Source: a virus
DNA length: 64,000 bases
Strand: one strand, 5' to 3'
IMG/VR virus record: IMGVR_UViG_3300007540_000013
Coordinates: 1 to 64,000 of that record
Part shown: positions 28,543-37,387 of the stretch, piece after piece
How positions within the stretch are numbered: the first letter of the stretch is position 1
Layout of the letters: the number at the start of each line of letters is the position of its first letter
Program-made: the position numbers and the translations under genes
Notes under the pieces: generated by a model
Database searches by the model: none
Seen by the model: only the letters and a program-made list of their open reading frames with translations
What the model was told of the DNA's origin: nothing

Positions 28543-29195
28543 TGTTAGAGAAGAAGAAAGGACGGCCTAGAAAGATTCTCACTAGAGAAGATATTGAACG
28601 TGCTATTAAGATGACTAAATCTAATAAAGCAGCTGCTCGATACCTTCACGTATCCTTTCCTCATTATAAGACTTACGCTAAGATGTATGAGAATGAAGAG
28701 GGACAGACTCTTTACGACTCACATCTAAATCAAGCCGGAAAGGGTATACCTAAGTTCTTAACTAGTAAAGGTAAGGAACCAGCTATTGAAAAGATAATTG
28801 ACGGAACCCTTCCGGTAGAGCACTATAAGCCTGAGAAGATTAAAAGGAAGTTAATTGCGGAAGGATATCTTAAAGAGGAATGTAAGCGCTGCAGGTACAC
28901 TGAAGCAAGAGTCTTTGATAATAAAGTACCTTTAGTTCTCAATTTCAAAGATAAGAATAGACATAACTATAACCTTGATAACATAGAGATGCTATGTTAT
29001 AATTGTTCATTCCTATATGCAGCTTCTCCTATATCTGAAGAGCAGGTAGCACAGATGGAGAGTTATATTGAAAGAGCAGGTATACAGGAGCATGATTGGG
29101 AGTTAGATGAATCTCATATTGAGCATTTAAAAGAGTTAGGGTTGTGGGAAGAAGATAATAGTAAGCCAGGTGATGAATTTATTTCTAGAATATGA
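28542..29195 (+). CDS. HTH plus degenerate HNH-like zinc-binding domain
   Basis: SNKAAARYLHVS HTH; CKRC...PLVLNFKDKNRHNYNLDNIEMLCYNC. Confidence 0.7.
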   Translation: MLEKKKGRPRKILTREDIERAIKMTKSNKAAARYLHVSFPHYKTYAKMYENEEGQTLYDSHLNQAGKGIPKFLTSKGKEPAIEKIIDGTLPVEHYKPEKIKRKLIAEGYLKEECKRCRYTEARVFDNKVPLVLNFKDKNRHNYNLDNIEMLCYNCSFLYAASPISEEQVAQMESYIERAGIQEHDWELDESHIEHLKELGLWEEDNSKPGDEFISRI

Positions 29196-29368
29196 AAAAG
29201 GTACCCCGAAGACGCCAACACGCCCAGTTAGATCAGGAAAAGAATAAGAGAAAGCTTCTAGAGAAGCATGCCGATAAGCTGCTTGAGCAAGATAAGAAGA
29301 ATAAGAAGTTAAGTGAGAAGTTGCTTGATAAAGATATTTTTACTATATTTGGTGATGAAGATGAATAA
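29192..29368 (+). CDS. 58-aa basic coiled-coil protein
   Basis: ATGA overlap with upstream stop. Confidence 0.55.
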   Translation: MKKVPRRRQHAQLDQEKNKRKLLEKHADKLLEQDKKNKKLSEKLLDKDIFTIFGDEDE

Positions 29369-29382
29369 AGGTTATAGTTGCT

Positions 29383-29553
29383 ATGAGAAAAAGAAAGCAT
29401 GGAAAGGTAAGTAACTTCAAATACCATGGAGTTATTATCGAGAAAGATGAGATAAGTTATCAAGTTATCCACCAGACCAAAGAATTAACCTACGCTATTC
29501 CTATCGGAAGAAAAGGTCTAGTAGGAGGAGGAGTAGAAAGATTTAAAAGATAA
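29383..29553 (+). CDS. 56-aa hypothetical protein
   Basis: Fills gap; stop abuts next promoter. Confidence 0.45.
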   Translation: MRKRKHGKVSNFKYHGVIIEKDEISYQVIHQTKELTYAIPIGRKGLVGGGVERFKR

Positions 29554-29607
29554 GTTGGTTACTTAGAAAATATTTCGTATATTTAACATGTTAAAGTAAT
29601 AAAGGTT

Positions 29608-29955
29608 ATGGGAGAGAAAAGAGGTAATTTAGTTAAGTTAGTCTATGATTTCGATACTGTGAAGGTATGTGAGATAGGAGTAACTAAGGAAGAAGGGATT
29701 ACGTGGTACCGAGTAACAGCTAAGAGATTTAGATCATGGGATGGACCTAGAAGGTTAACTGGTCCTATCGAACAACCAGGTCACGGAATAGAAGCTTTCC
29801 AGAATATCGAAATGGAGACTATTGACTACGAAGGACCTCTTTACTTATATGAAACTAATATAAGGAAAGAAAAGGAAGGAACTGAAACTTACTGTGAACC
29901 AATTAAATCAGAGATAGATGAAACGCTTTACGTTCGACCAGGTAACAGACTTTAG
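29608..29955 (+). CDS. Hypothetical protein
   Basis: Promoter at 29555-29585 and aaaggttATG. Confidence 0.75.
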   Translation: MGEKRGNLVKLVYDFDTVKVCEIGVTKEEGITWYRVTAKRFRSWDGPRRLTGPIEQPGHGIEAFQNIEMETIDYEGPLYLYETNIRKEKEGTETYCEPIKSEIDETLYVRPGNRL

Positions 29956-30217
29956 TGATTTTTTTTCTGGAAGCAATCACGAGATAACAGATGCAATTGT
30001 AGAAGGAATTAAAGCAGCTATTGAAGCAAAGAAAGAAGAAGCAGAATTATTTGAGCTAGGCTTCCATGAAGAGGATGACTTCTTCGAAGTATCTCTACAG
30101 AAGGATGAATGGCCTCAAGCTCTTAGCGCCTGTATGACTAAGTACGAAGACGCTGAGATGTATGATCAGGTTATCGATACCTTCGAATTACTAAGAGAAG
30201 CAACAGATTTACTATAA
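29918..30217 (+). CDS. Acidic hypothetical protein
   Basis: ORF track; very acidic. Confidence 0.7.
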   Translation: MKRFTFDQVTDFSDFFSGSNHEITDAIVEGIKAAIEAKKEEAELFELGFHEEDDFFEVSLQKDEWPQALSACMTKYEDAEMYDQVIDTFELLREATDLL

Positions 30218-30477
30218 TGGCTTACATTCCAAAAGATACAGTAAAAGAGAATAGGGTACAAGAAGTCTACTTTGAAGATGACGATGTAACTATCAGGTAT
30301 ACTTTTAAGTTTAATCGAATGGTAAAGTCTGAGATCTTTTACGGAAGAGGTTATAAGTCTCCTCAACAGGAGTTAGATGAGATGAATAAAGGACTGCCGA
30401 AGACTAAGCGTAAGTACCTCGACGACGAAGGAAAGATAGTAGGTTACTTAACTGCTAAGAAAAAAGGGTTAATCTAG
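30217..30477 (+). CDS. Hypothetical protein
   Basis: Coupled ORF. Confidence 0.7.
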   Translation: MAYIPKDTVKENRVQEVYFEDDDVTIRYTFKFNRMVKSEIFYGRGYKSPQQELDEMNKGLPKTKRKYLDDEGKIVGYLTAKKKGLI

Positions 30478-30527
30478 TTGGAATTAAGTAACTTAGTTCG
30501 TATATTTAAGTATAATAAAAAAGATAA

Positions 30528-31343
30528 ATGGTTATGAATTACTTGACTAAAGAAGAGCTTAAAGCCCAATGCCCTGTAGCGTTCGCTACTCAACCGACTA
30601 ACGATGCGGTAACTGATAAGTATGTTCACATCTCTACTGAGAAGGTGATCGATGATTTAGAAAAACTAGGATGGAAACCTGTAGAAGCTACTCAGCGTAA
30701 AGGCAGAGGTAAGAAAACTATCTTTAGTAAACATATGGTACAATTCCAGAACCCAGACATTATCGTTAAAGGTGATGATGGTGATGATGCTTTCCCTCGC
30801 ATACTACTTACAAACTCTCATGACGGTATGACCTCATTCCAGTTCCGTATGGGTATCTTCCGTTTAGTATGTTCAAATGGATTGGTGATCGCTACTGAGG
30901 AGTTTGAGTCATTTAAGATTCGCCACAAAGGATATACCTTTGAAGAATTACGTGAGGTAGTTCTGAAGGCTGTAACTGATCTACCTAATAAGGTTGAGGT
31001 TATGAATAAGATGTCTCAACGAGAATTATCAAAAGAAGAACAACGTAAGTTAGCTTTAGATGCTTTCTTAATCCGCTCCGGAATTACTCCTGGTAGTGAG
31101 GAAGCTAAGAAGAAAGACTATGATGAAGAGACTCTAGATGAGATCTTGGAAGTACGTCGTCAAGCTGATGAAGGAGATACTCTCTGGAAAGTATTCAATC
31201 GAGTACAAGAGGCTGTCACTCAAGGAGGCTTCTCAGCAGCTTTAAAAGGTGCTAAGGTGCGTAAGGTTCGTAAGATTAAATCTTTCGAGAAAGATACTAA
31301 GATCAATCAAGAGCTATTCAAACTAGCTACAGCATTGATTTAA
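30528..31343 (+). CDS. DUF932/DUF945 family protein
   Basis: LLTNSHDGMTSFQFRMGIFRLVCSNGL, LWKVFNRVQE; start may be 30534. Confidence 0.85.
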   Translation: MVMNYLTKEELKAQCPVAFATQPTNDAVTDKYVHISTEKVIDDLEKLGWKPVEATQRKGRGKKTIFSKHMVQFQNPDIIVKGDDGDDAFPRILLTNSHDGMTSFQFRMGIFRLVCSNGLVIATEEFESFKIRHKGYTFEELREVVLKAVTDLPNKVEVMNKMSQRELSKEEQRKLALDAFLIRSGITPGSEEAKKKDYDEETLDEILEVRRQADEGDTLWKVFNRVQEAVTQGGFSAALKGAKVRKVRKIKSFEKDTKINQELFKLATALI

Positions 31344-31350
31344 AAAAGAT

Positions 31351-31380
31351 AGGGAGGTTAGTTGCCTCCCTTACTTATTT
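31351..31380 (+). terminator. Hairpin AGGGAGG-TTAGTTG-CCTCCCT whose loop is the -33 box of the next promoter
   Basis: 7-bp stem followed by T-rich tract. Confidence 0.6.
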
Positions 31381-31415
31381 TTCGTATATTAAGGTATAAG
31401 AAAAAGATAAAGGTT

Positions 31416-31583
31416 ATGAAAATTAGATTCCAAAATCCCTTCCTACACATCACTGCTATAGGTACTCTAATCCTCACTCTAATTACTGGGGGTTTAGCAG
31501 GATTGCTTTACGCATTTATTTTCGGAATATGCTTAAGTCAGTTGCGACTTAATGCTAAAGAACGTCAACAAGAACAGGAGTAA
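31416..31583 (+). CDS. Small membrane protein
   Basis: Start moved to aaggttATG at 31416. Confidence 0.65.
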   Translation: MKIRFQNPFLHITAIGTLILTLITGGLAGLLYAFIFGICLSQLRLNAKERQQEQE

Positions 31584-32011
31584 TGCTATTCGAAGTATTT
31601 AATAACAACAGTGAAGGTAAGTTAGTTTCTTTTATTGATTATAGAGAGAGCTCTGCATACGACTTGACCAAAGAGCAGATAGCAGATAGTATTACTATAG
31701 TGAGAAAACACCGCTATGAAAGTAAGAATAAGTTCTATGGAGTAGTCAGACAAGGAGAGAAAGCTTTTATGATTCCAGAATGGAAAGAGGTTCACCCTAA
31801 GACTAACTACGAAGATATCTATTACAAGGAACCTAAGAAGAAGGTTGATAGAAAGAAGCTAGGTAAATGGGAGTTTAAATCCAGTTCAAGCGATAGTACG
31901 TACATTGTGAAAGAGATGCCGGATGGTAGATTGAATTGTGATTGTTGGGGCTTTAGGGCTCATAGGAAATGTAAACACGTGAAAGAGGTTTCAATAGAAT
32001 TGGAGTTATGA
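31583..32011 (+). CDS. SWIM zinc-finger protein
   Basis: SSS..YIV...CDCWGF....CKH. Confidence 0.8.
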   Translation: MLFEVFNNNSEGKLVSFIDYRESSAYDLTKEQIADSITIVRKHRYESKNKFYGVVRQGEKAFMIPEWKEVHPKTNYEDIYYKEPKKKVDRKKLGKWEFKSSSSDSTYIVKEMPDGRLNCDCWGFRAHRKCKHVKEVSIELEL

Positions 32012-32121
32012 TTTTACTAGCAATAGGAGTAAGCTTCTGGTATATTATATTCATGATATACTGCTTGATCGGAAGAGCAAGAGAGATTATAAAAGAAACA
32101 GCCGAGGGGCGGGGGGCGTGA
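32008..32121 (+). CDS. 37-aa hydrophobic peptide
   Basis: MILLAIGVSFWYIIFMIYCLIGRAREII...; ATGA overlap. Confidence 0.45.
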   Translation: MILLAIGVSFWYIIFMIYCLIGRAREIIKETAEGRGA

Positions 32122-32160
32122 TCTCTCCTCGCACCGAAGGTGCCACGCGCATATTTCAAA

Positions 32161-32177
32161 AAAGCCCGCAGGGCTTT
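32161..32177. terminator. Hairpin AAAGCCC-GCA-GGGCTTT
   Basis: Perfect inverted repeat flanked by A/T tracts. Confidence 0.55.
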
Positions 32178-32197
32178 AAACAGTAACTTAGAGTAAA

Positions 32198-32578
32198 ATG
32201 AAACAGAAAGTAATTAATGCAGAGTACAGAAAGGATAGTAATACCTTTCCGGATTGGATGAAGTATGAAGTAACTATCTTGAATGAAGATGGTACTACTC
32301 AGAAGATACCAGCTTACGGCAAGGACCTACAGGATGCATTGTCCAGGGTAGTTCATGATAAGAAGGTTAAGCAGATAGAGAGTAAGGCTAAGAGAATTCC
32401 GGACCTAGTGTGGGCGGTATTATGGTTTGGATATATCTTTGGATGGACGATGATGACCTTGCAGGTATCATCTAATGAATATAAGGGGTTGTTATTCCTT
32501 GCAGGCATAGCCTTGATCACAAGTCTTACCTTGAGATTGAAGATATGGTTTAGATTAAGGAATAGAGATAGAGGGTGA
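32198..32578 (+). CDS. Two-TM hypothetical protein
   Basis: ORF track. Confidence 0.7.
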   Translation: MKQKVINAEYRKDSNTFPDWMKYEVTILNEDGTTQKIPAYGKDLQDALSRVVHDKKVKQIESKAKRIPDLVWAVLWFGYIFGWTMMTLQVSSNEYKGLLFLAGIALITSLTLRLKIWFRLRNRDRG

Positions 32579-32593
32579 TAGATAGCGGGAGTC

Positions 32594-32908
32594 ATGATTG
32601 GAGTTCAGATGATTATAAAGAAGAAGATAAAGGGTATTACTCAGATGATTACGAAGACTACACAGACGACGATTGAAGGGTTTGATAAGCCGGATATACA
32701 TGAGGCATATAATAAGTGTATAAATGTGATAATGAAATGTAGGACGGAGGAACAGCTGATGAATGCCGAAAGGTATCTGAGACATTATGAGAGACTAATG
32801 CAAAACTCCTACCTATACCCTACATTAACTAAATCATTTAAACGTAGGACAGTACGTAGACTCCTTTCTATTCTAAAGCTAAAGAGTAAGGACTTCAAAG
32901 ACTTATAA
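32594..32908 (+). CDS. Hypothetical protein (start uncertain)
   Basis: ORF track. Confidence 0.55.
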   Translation: MIGVQMIIKKKIKGITQMITKTTQTTIEGFDKPDIHEAYNKCINVIMKCRTEEQLMNAERYLRHYERLMQNSYLYPTLTKSFKRRTVRRLLSILKLKSKDFKDL

Positions 32909-33070
32909 AGAATAGAAGAAAACCGTAGCGTATATAATCATATAATGATAGATCTATATTTTCATATAGAGATATAAAGAGTGTAGGCAGTTAAAGTAAA
33001 GAGTGAAGTTAAAGTGACAGGTTAACATCAGGCGCATGCATACCCCTTCCAGGATTTTTTCTATATAGAG

Positions 33071-33168
33071 CAAACCGTCAGGTAACCGTCGGAAAACCGT
33101 CAAGATAGCCAACCGTCAGGTAACCGTTAGGAAATCGTTGGCAAACCGTCTAAGAGCAAACCGTTCAT
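33071..33168 (+). repeat. Array of 8 AACCGTC-like repeats with 11-bp phasing
   Basis: CCGT cores at 33075, 33086, 33097, 33113, 33124, (33135), 33146, 33161. Confidence 0.9.
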
Positions 33169-33193
33169 ATAATGGTTATAGAGAAGGATCCAG

Positions 33194-33210
33194 TTAAAGT
33201 AAAGCTTTAA
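33194..33210. promoter_or_regulatory. Operator-like palindrome TTAAAG-N5-CTTTAA
   Basis: Repeated at 33547 and 33575. Confidence 0.6.
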
Positions 33211-33303
33211 GTGGGATAAAGTTTAACAAAGTTTGTTGGTTAGTTGGATGTCTGGGTAATAGTTCTTATATTTAACATGTTAAAGAAAGAGATAATAAAG
33301 GTT

Positions 33304-33540
33304 ATGAGAAACAATCGCACAAACAACAATTTCTACCCTCAGGGTTACTTAGGTAAGATTGCTTACCACATGTTCAAAGGAAACTTTGATAAGGTTCAGT
33401 ACTTTGCAAAGAGACAGGTTCAGACTTACGGAGACATCTCGGAGGATGATGATCGTATTATCAATCGCCTAGTGCTTGACTTCAAACGCCAGCAGGAGGC
33501 AGAGGAACGTGAGTTCCAGTCGCATTTGGGACGGATCTGA
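33304..33540 (+). CDS. Early hypothetical protein
   Basis: True start at aaaggttATG 33304. Confidence 0.75.
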   Translation: MRNNRTNNNFYPQGYLGKIAYHMFKGNFDKVQYFAKRQVQTYGDISEDDDRIINRLVLDFKRQQEAEEREFQSHLGRI

Positions 33541-33546
33541 TTCGAG

Positions 33547-33591
33547 TTAAAGTAAAGCTTTAAGTAAATTACAGTTAAAGTGATGCTTTAA
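33547..33591. promoter_or_regulatory. Two tandem TTAAAG-N5-CTTTAA palindromes
   Basis: 33547-33563 and 33575-33591. Confidence 0.6.
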
Positions 33592-33659
33592 GTGAAAAGG
33601 TATTGGAAAACTTTTCCAGAAAGTAGTTGGATATATGAGAGATAGTTCATATATTCAGC

Positions 33660-33750
33660 TCTTCTTATAACCTTTCCCAGACACTCGCGTACCCGCCCGT
33701 CTACTCTTCCGATCTTATCTCAGGATCAGGCCCGTCTTCCCATCTAACTT
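33660..33750 (-). ncRNA. Candidate small non-coding RNA between convergent promoters
   Basis: Minus-strand TTG(33784)-N20-TATATTAA promoter; GC-rich; no ORF. Confidence 0.35.
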
Positions 33751-33875
33751 ACCTTAATATAAGAAGAATAAACCAGACTACCAACTAACTCACAAAGTTT
33801 TTTTATTTTAAATTAAAGTTGGATCGTAAGGATATAGTTCTTATATTTAGAATGTAATAATAAAAAGAGATAGTT

Positions 33876-33953
33876 ATGTTAGTATTTACATTAGTGTTGT
33901 CAATGTTGTTTATCGGAGCTGGAGCTTTGTATTTCTCAGATGATTTAAAGTAG
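33876..33953 (+). CDS. 25-aa hydrophobic peptide
   Basis: MLVFTLVLSMLFIGAGALYFSDDLK directly after promoter element. Confidence 0.6.
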   Translation: MLVFTLVLSMLFIGAGALYFSDDLK

Positions 33954-33958
33954 AGGTT

Positions 33959-34222
33959 ATGAGTAAGTTAGAGTTTAATACAGAGTGTACGGTATCGATC
34001 TATCCATCAGTAGAGATGATGAATAAGATGGGGTATAAGTCGATGTATGATATGTCAGATGATCTTAAGGATGTAGTAAAGATCAACTACCCAGGTCTTC
34101 TGGAAGAGGGTTATGCACAGTTTGATCCGGAATCAGAAGGGTTTATGGTCTACTGTACTGATAGGGATGTACAAGAGACGATTTACGATGAGTGGAAAGA
34201 ATTTGTAAATAGTTGTATTTAA
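33959..34222 (+). CDS. Acidic early protein
   Basis: aggttATG start. Confidence 0.8.
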   Translation: MSKLEFNTECTVSIYPSVEMMNKMGYKSMYDMSDDLKDVVKINYPGLLEEGYAQFDPESEGFMVYCTDRDVQETIYDEWKEFVNSCI

Positions 34223-34279
34223 AGTTGCCTCCTAAGAGATTAGTTCTTATATTTACATTGTAATAAAAAGATAAGGGTT

Positions 34280-34603
34280 ATGAATAAGACACAAGTACGT
34301 CGTTTGAAAGTTAACAGAGCATTGAAGGCTCTAATCATTAATCACAATGCATTCAACATCGAGGATGCTGATGGTGGCAGAATGGATTTCTGTGTAGAGG
34401 GTCCTTACGGACATACTTACCAGTGTCAGTTTACTAGAAATGGATTTGATGTTGCAGTCTATGATGCAATTGGTTTAGCTGGAGATGGATGGTCAGAAGA
34501 TGATCACAGAATCCAGCAGACTGCTAGTGAGTTAGAATTCTTGATCAATGCTACAGTAAAGAAAGAATTGGAAAAAGTGGAGGCATTAGTTGCCTCCGCT
34601 TAA
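34280..34603 (+). CDS. Early hypothetical protein
   Basis: Cassette element upstream. Confidence 0.85.
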   Translation: MNKTQVRRLKVNRALKALIINHNAFNIEDADGGRMDFCVEGPYGHTYQCQFTRNGFDVAVYDAIGLAGDGWSEDDHRIQQTASELEFLINATVKKELEKVEALVASA

Positions 34604-34643
34604 TTTAGTTCGTATATTTACATTGTAATAAGAAATAAAGGTT

Positions 34644-34805
34644 ATGGTTAACGTAAAGGCACTATTGAAGAGAATGAAGTACGAATTGGCTGAAGAGCAG
34701 TCAAGCTGTACTACACATTGGTCAGATGAGCAGTTTGAGGACTTCGCTAACATCATCGAAGATCTAGAAGAAGCTATTAAGAAAGATGAGAAAGTAGTTG
34801 TTTAA
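34644..34805 (+). CDS. 53-aa early protein (not in ORF track)
   Basis: Cassette element upstream; MVNVKALLKRMKYEL... Confidence 0.8.
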   Translation: MVNVKALLKRMKYELAEEQSSCTTHWSDEQFEDFANIIEDLEEAIKKDEKVVV

Positions 34806-34851
34806 TTGCAATTTCTTTCTTATATTTACATTGTAATAGAAAATAAAGGTT

Positions 34852-34998
34852 ATGTTGACAGCAGTTCAAAGAAGCGGAGAAGATGATATGGGGTTCACTT
34901 GGTTTGAGGTTTTCCGGAATGGTAAGACTACAGGCAATTCATTTAATGCTCTAGATGAGGATCACGCTATCAGAATGTTTAAACAATTTCGGGAATAA
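34852..34998 (+). CDS. 48-aa early protein (not in ORF track)
   Basis: Cassette element upstream; MLTAVQRSGEDDMGFTWF... Confidence 0.8.
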   Translation: MLTAVQRSGEDDMGFTWFEVFRNGKTTGNSFNALDEDHAIRMFKQFRE

Positions 34999-35053
34999 GT
35001 TGGATCGTATTGATTTAGTTCTTATATTTACATTGTAATAAAAAATAAAGGTT

Positions 35054-35335
35054 ATGTTAGTAGATCACACATCATTCAGTCGTAAAGACGCACAAGCAGT
35101 ACAAATGTTATTAAGCGTATACGCAGAACACTTCGCTGGAGAGTATTTTCATATTGCAAAGAACGAACGTTCCGGAAATGTATATATGAGTTTCGATCAT
35201 ACAGCGGTATGTCCATTTGTAACTTCGGATGGGGAGCTGTTTTTTGAAGTGTTCAATTTCGAAACAAATGAAACGTTTGAAACAGATTCGATTAAAGAAG
35301 CAGAATATGCTAATGAAAATATTTTTACAGCATAA
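35054..35335 (+). CDS. Acidic early protein
   Basis: Cassette element upstream. Confidence 0.85.
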   Translation: MLVDHTSFSRKDAQAVQMLLSVYAEHFAGEYFHIAKNERSGNVYMSFDHTAVCPFVTSDGELFFEVFNFETNETFETDSIKEAEYANENIFTA

Positions 35336-35390
35336 GTTGGTTACTAAGTATTTAGTTCTTATATTTACATTGTAATAAAAAATAAAGGTT

Positions 35391-35594
35391 ATGTTAGTTA
35401 GATGTGTTAAGGGTTTTAAGTTAGATGGCGGTTCATTAGGTATTCTCAGAGGAGAGGTATTTAAGCAAATGGATTTTGGAGATGATATTGATGGTTGTGA
35501 TTTTGAAGCAACAGATTTATCTCGCTTTCCTGGATCAGTTATTTTCTTTCCGGAAGATGTATTGGTAGAATATTTTGAAATAGTCAGCGAATAA
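35391..35594 (+). CDS. Acidic early protein
   Basis: Cassette element upstream. Confidence 0.85.
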   Translation: MLVRCVKGFKLDGGSLGILRGEVFKQMDFGDDIDGCDFEATDLSRFPGSVIFFPEDVLVEYFEIVSE

Positions 35595-35650
35595 GTTGGC
35601 TATTCAAGATTTTATTCTTATATTTACATTGTAATAAAAAGATAAGGGTT

Positions 35651-35815
35651 ATGAATAATTTGTACAGCTTAGATTGTGTTTTCTACAGAGAGAGTTTTGG
35701 ATCGATTAATGAATTGATCGATGATGTTGTGTCTTCCGGAATGGATCCTAATTATGAAATTACCAAGAATGGTGTAAAGACAGGTGAATGTATTATTGAT
35801 TTAATTCAATTTTAA
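35651..35815 (+). CDS. 54-aa early protein (not in ORF track)
   Basis: Cassette element upstream; MNNLYSLDCVFY... Confidence 0.8.
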   Translation: MNNLYSLDCVFYRESFGSINELIDDVVSSGMDPNYEITKNGVKTGECIIDLIQF

Positions 35816-35870
35816 GTTGGATCGTATTGATCTAGTTCGTATATTTACATTGTAATAAAAAATAAAGGTT

Positions 35871-36212
35871 ATGGTAAAGGTTTTGAAAGCTGAAGAAGCG
35901 AGAATTAACGGAACGTATTTGGTGGGATATCTAGAAGATGTCAATTTCATGGACCTGGTAACGGGTTTAGGTGAACCTACTTTTGATGATCCTTCCGGAG
36001 ATGATAAGGTTCAAGTTGAATGGGTTTGTAAATTCAATGGTAAAATATTTACGATTTACGATTGGAAAACTTATGATCGTGAATTTACTGAGCATAGTTT
36101 GACGAAATTCAATGTCGGAGGTAAGGATGTTTCCGGTTTGGAAGTTCAGGAATTTATCGAATTTGTCAAAGGGCAGATTGAGTACGCATACGATAATTTT
36201 GATTTAGCATGA
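35871..36212 (+). CDS. Early phage protein
   Basis: GDDKVQVEW...FTIYDWK; cassette element upstream. Confidence 0.85.
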   Translation: MVKVLKAEEARINGTYLVGYLEDVNFMDLVTGLGEPTFDDPSGDDKVQVEWVCKFNGKIFTIYDWKTYDREFTEHSLTKFNVGGKDVSGLEVQEFIEFVKGQIEYAYDNFDLA

Positions 36213-36361
36213 TATATAAAGTAAAATTACTAGGCAAAGTTCTAGCTCAGTTCAAGGATGACTTTGAACGGGCTAGGGATTATGCCGATAGGTTTCCGGC
36301 AAAGGATAATGTCGAGGTCTATGAGAATCAGAATTTAGTTTTCATAAAGTTTAACAAATAG
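36209..36361 (+). CDS. 50-aa early protein
   Basis: ATGA overlap; stop overlaps next element. Confidence 0.65.
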   Translation: MIYKVKLLGKVLAQFKDDFERARDYADRFPAKDNVEVYENQNLVFIKFNK

Positions 36362-36420
36362 TTGCTTAACCGAATATTAGTTCGTATATTTACGAAGTAA
36401 TAAACAAACAAATAAAGGTT

Positions 36421-37245
36421 ATGAAAAAAGAAATGGAATTAGAATTGCAGCTTCAAGAAGCTCAGACCGCTTACGGAATGTTATTCGATCAGAAAGTAAG
36501 TGCTCGTACGACTGTTATCGCTAATGCATTTAGTGAATTTATTGCTCCGGAAAATACTCGTTTGAGTGCTCGTGAGAAGAGTGTTGAATTTGATCTTATG
36601 GAAGATCGCTACGCTAATACTTTGGCTCGTCTAGAGATTAGAGATGCTTACGATGATGATTACCGCAAGACGGGGTACGAAGGTGCTTACCGATTCAATA
36701 GCGGAGGTGATAAGGAGATCAAGTTCCTTCCGGCAATGGCTGAGTTCATCAAGATTGCTTCTGATAAGGTTGATAAGATATGTAAATTGTTTGTTGATAT
36801 CGATCAGTCTTTTGGTCCTAAGATGCTAGAAGCTAGAAAGGTACGTGATGGTATTCAGAGTGAATTGAATGAGATCGATTACGCTCGTCAGCAAGCTAAG
36901 AAGGATGCTATCTTAGATCTTATGAAGTCGGAAGAAGGATTTGTACCTCTATCTGCTAAACCTAATAAGGAGTACGGATGGAATCAGACTACGAGTCTTC
37001 AGATGAAGTTCAACTGGGAAGTTAGAAGCCCAGCTCTTATCAAAGTTATAGGTCAGTCTGCTTCCGGAAAGAGTGTTAAGGTTCTAGTTAGTATCAATCG
37101 TTACGATAATAGTATGTTTACTTACGAGCCAGAGACTATTCGAATGGAGAATCTTCAGAGCTTTATCAACCGAGAGGTTAACTTCAGAGATCGAGTTGAA
37201 TCAGAGTTAGAGGGATTCGAGATCGTACAAGGGTTGTTACTCTAA
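36421..37245 (+). CDS. Early coiled-coil hypothetical protein
   Basis: Cassette element upstream. Confidence 0.85.
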   Translation: MKKEMELELQLQEAQTAYGMLFDQKVSARTTVIANAFSEFIAPENTRLSAREKSVEFDLMEDRYANTLARLEIRDAYDDDYRKTGYEGAYRFNSGGDKEIKFLPAMAEFIKIASDKVDKICKLFVDIDQSFGPKMLEARKVRDGIQSELNEIDYARQQAKKDAILDLMKSEEGFVPLSAKPNKEYGWNQTTSLQMKFNWEVRSPALIKVIGQSASGKSVKVLVSINRYDNSMFTYEPETIRMENLQSFINREVNFRDRVESELEGFEIVQGLLL

Positions 37246-37268
37246 GAGATAGAATATAGAAATGCCTT

Positions 37269-37387
37269 AGGCCGCCTTAGTGCGGCTTTTGGTGGTGCCG
37301 GAGGTCGCAGTCGACCTGATTCTTGGTCCTCCCTCTGGCGCCTTTATTTTTATTACCGAAGGAAGAGCTGGCTTATGCCGGCTTTTC
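37269..37387 (+). terminator. Three stacked GC-rich hairpins, each followed by a T tract (terminators or structured RNA)
   Basis: Stems 37270-75/37282-87, 37294-303/37333-42, 37366-72/37377-83. Confidence 0.6.

Noticed and set aside
1983-33303. Longest-ORF starts at 1983, 21989, 23824, 24906, 25919, 31362, 33244
   Set aside because: They overlap upstream genes or promoter elements; downstream ATGs with family-typical N-termini or aaggttATG leaders fit better.
33817-35830. True integron (GTTRRRY-like GTTGGAT at some cassette junctions)
   Set aside because: Other junctions read GTTGCCT/GTTGTTT. No inverse core, attC hairpin or tyrosine integrase was seen in the window.
37269-37387. tRNA gene (also considered for 32101-32150 and 33660-33750)
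   Set aside because: No TTCGA T-loop, D-arm or cloverleaf could be built.
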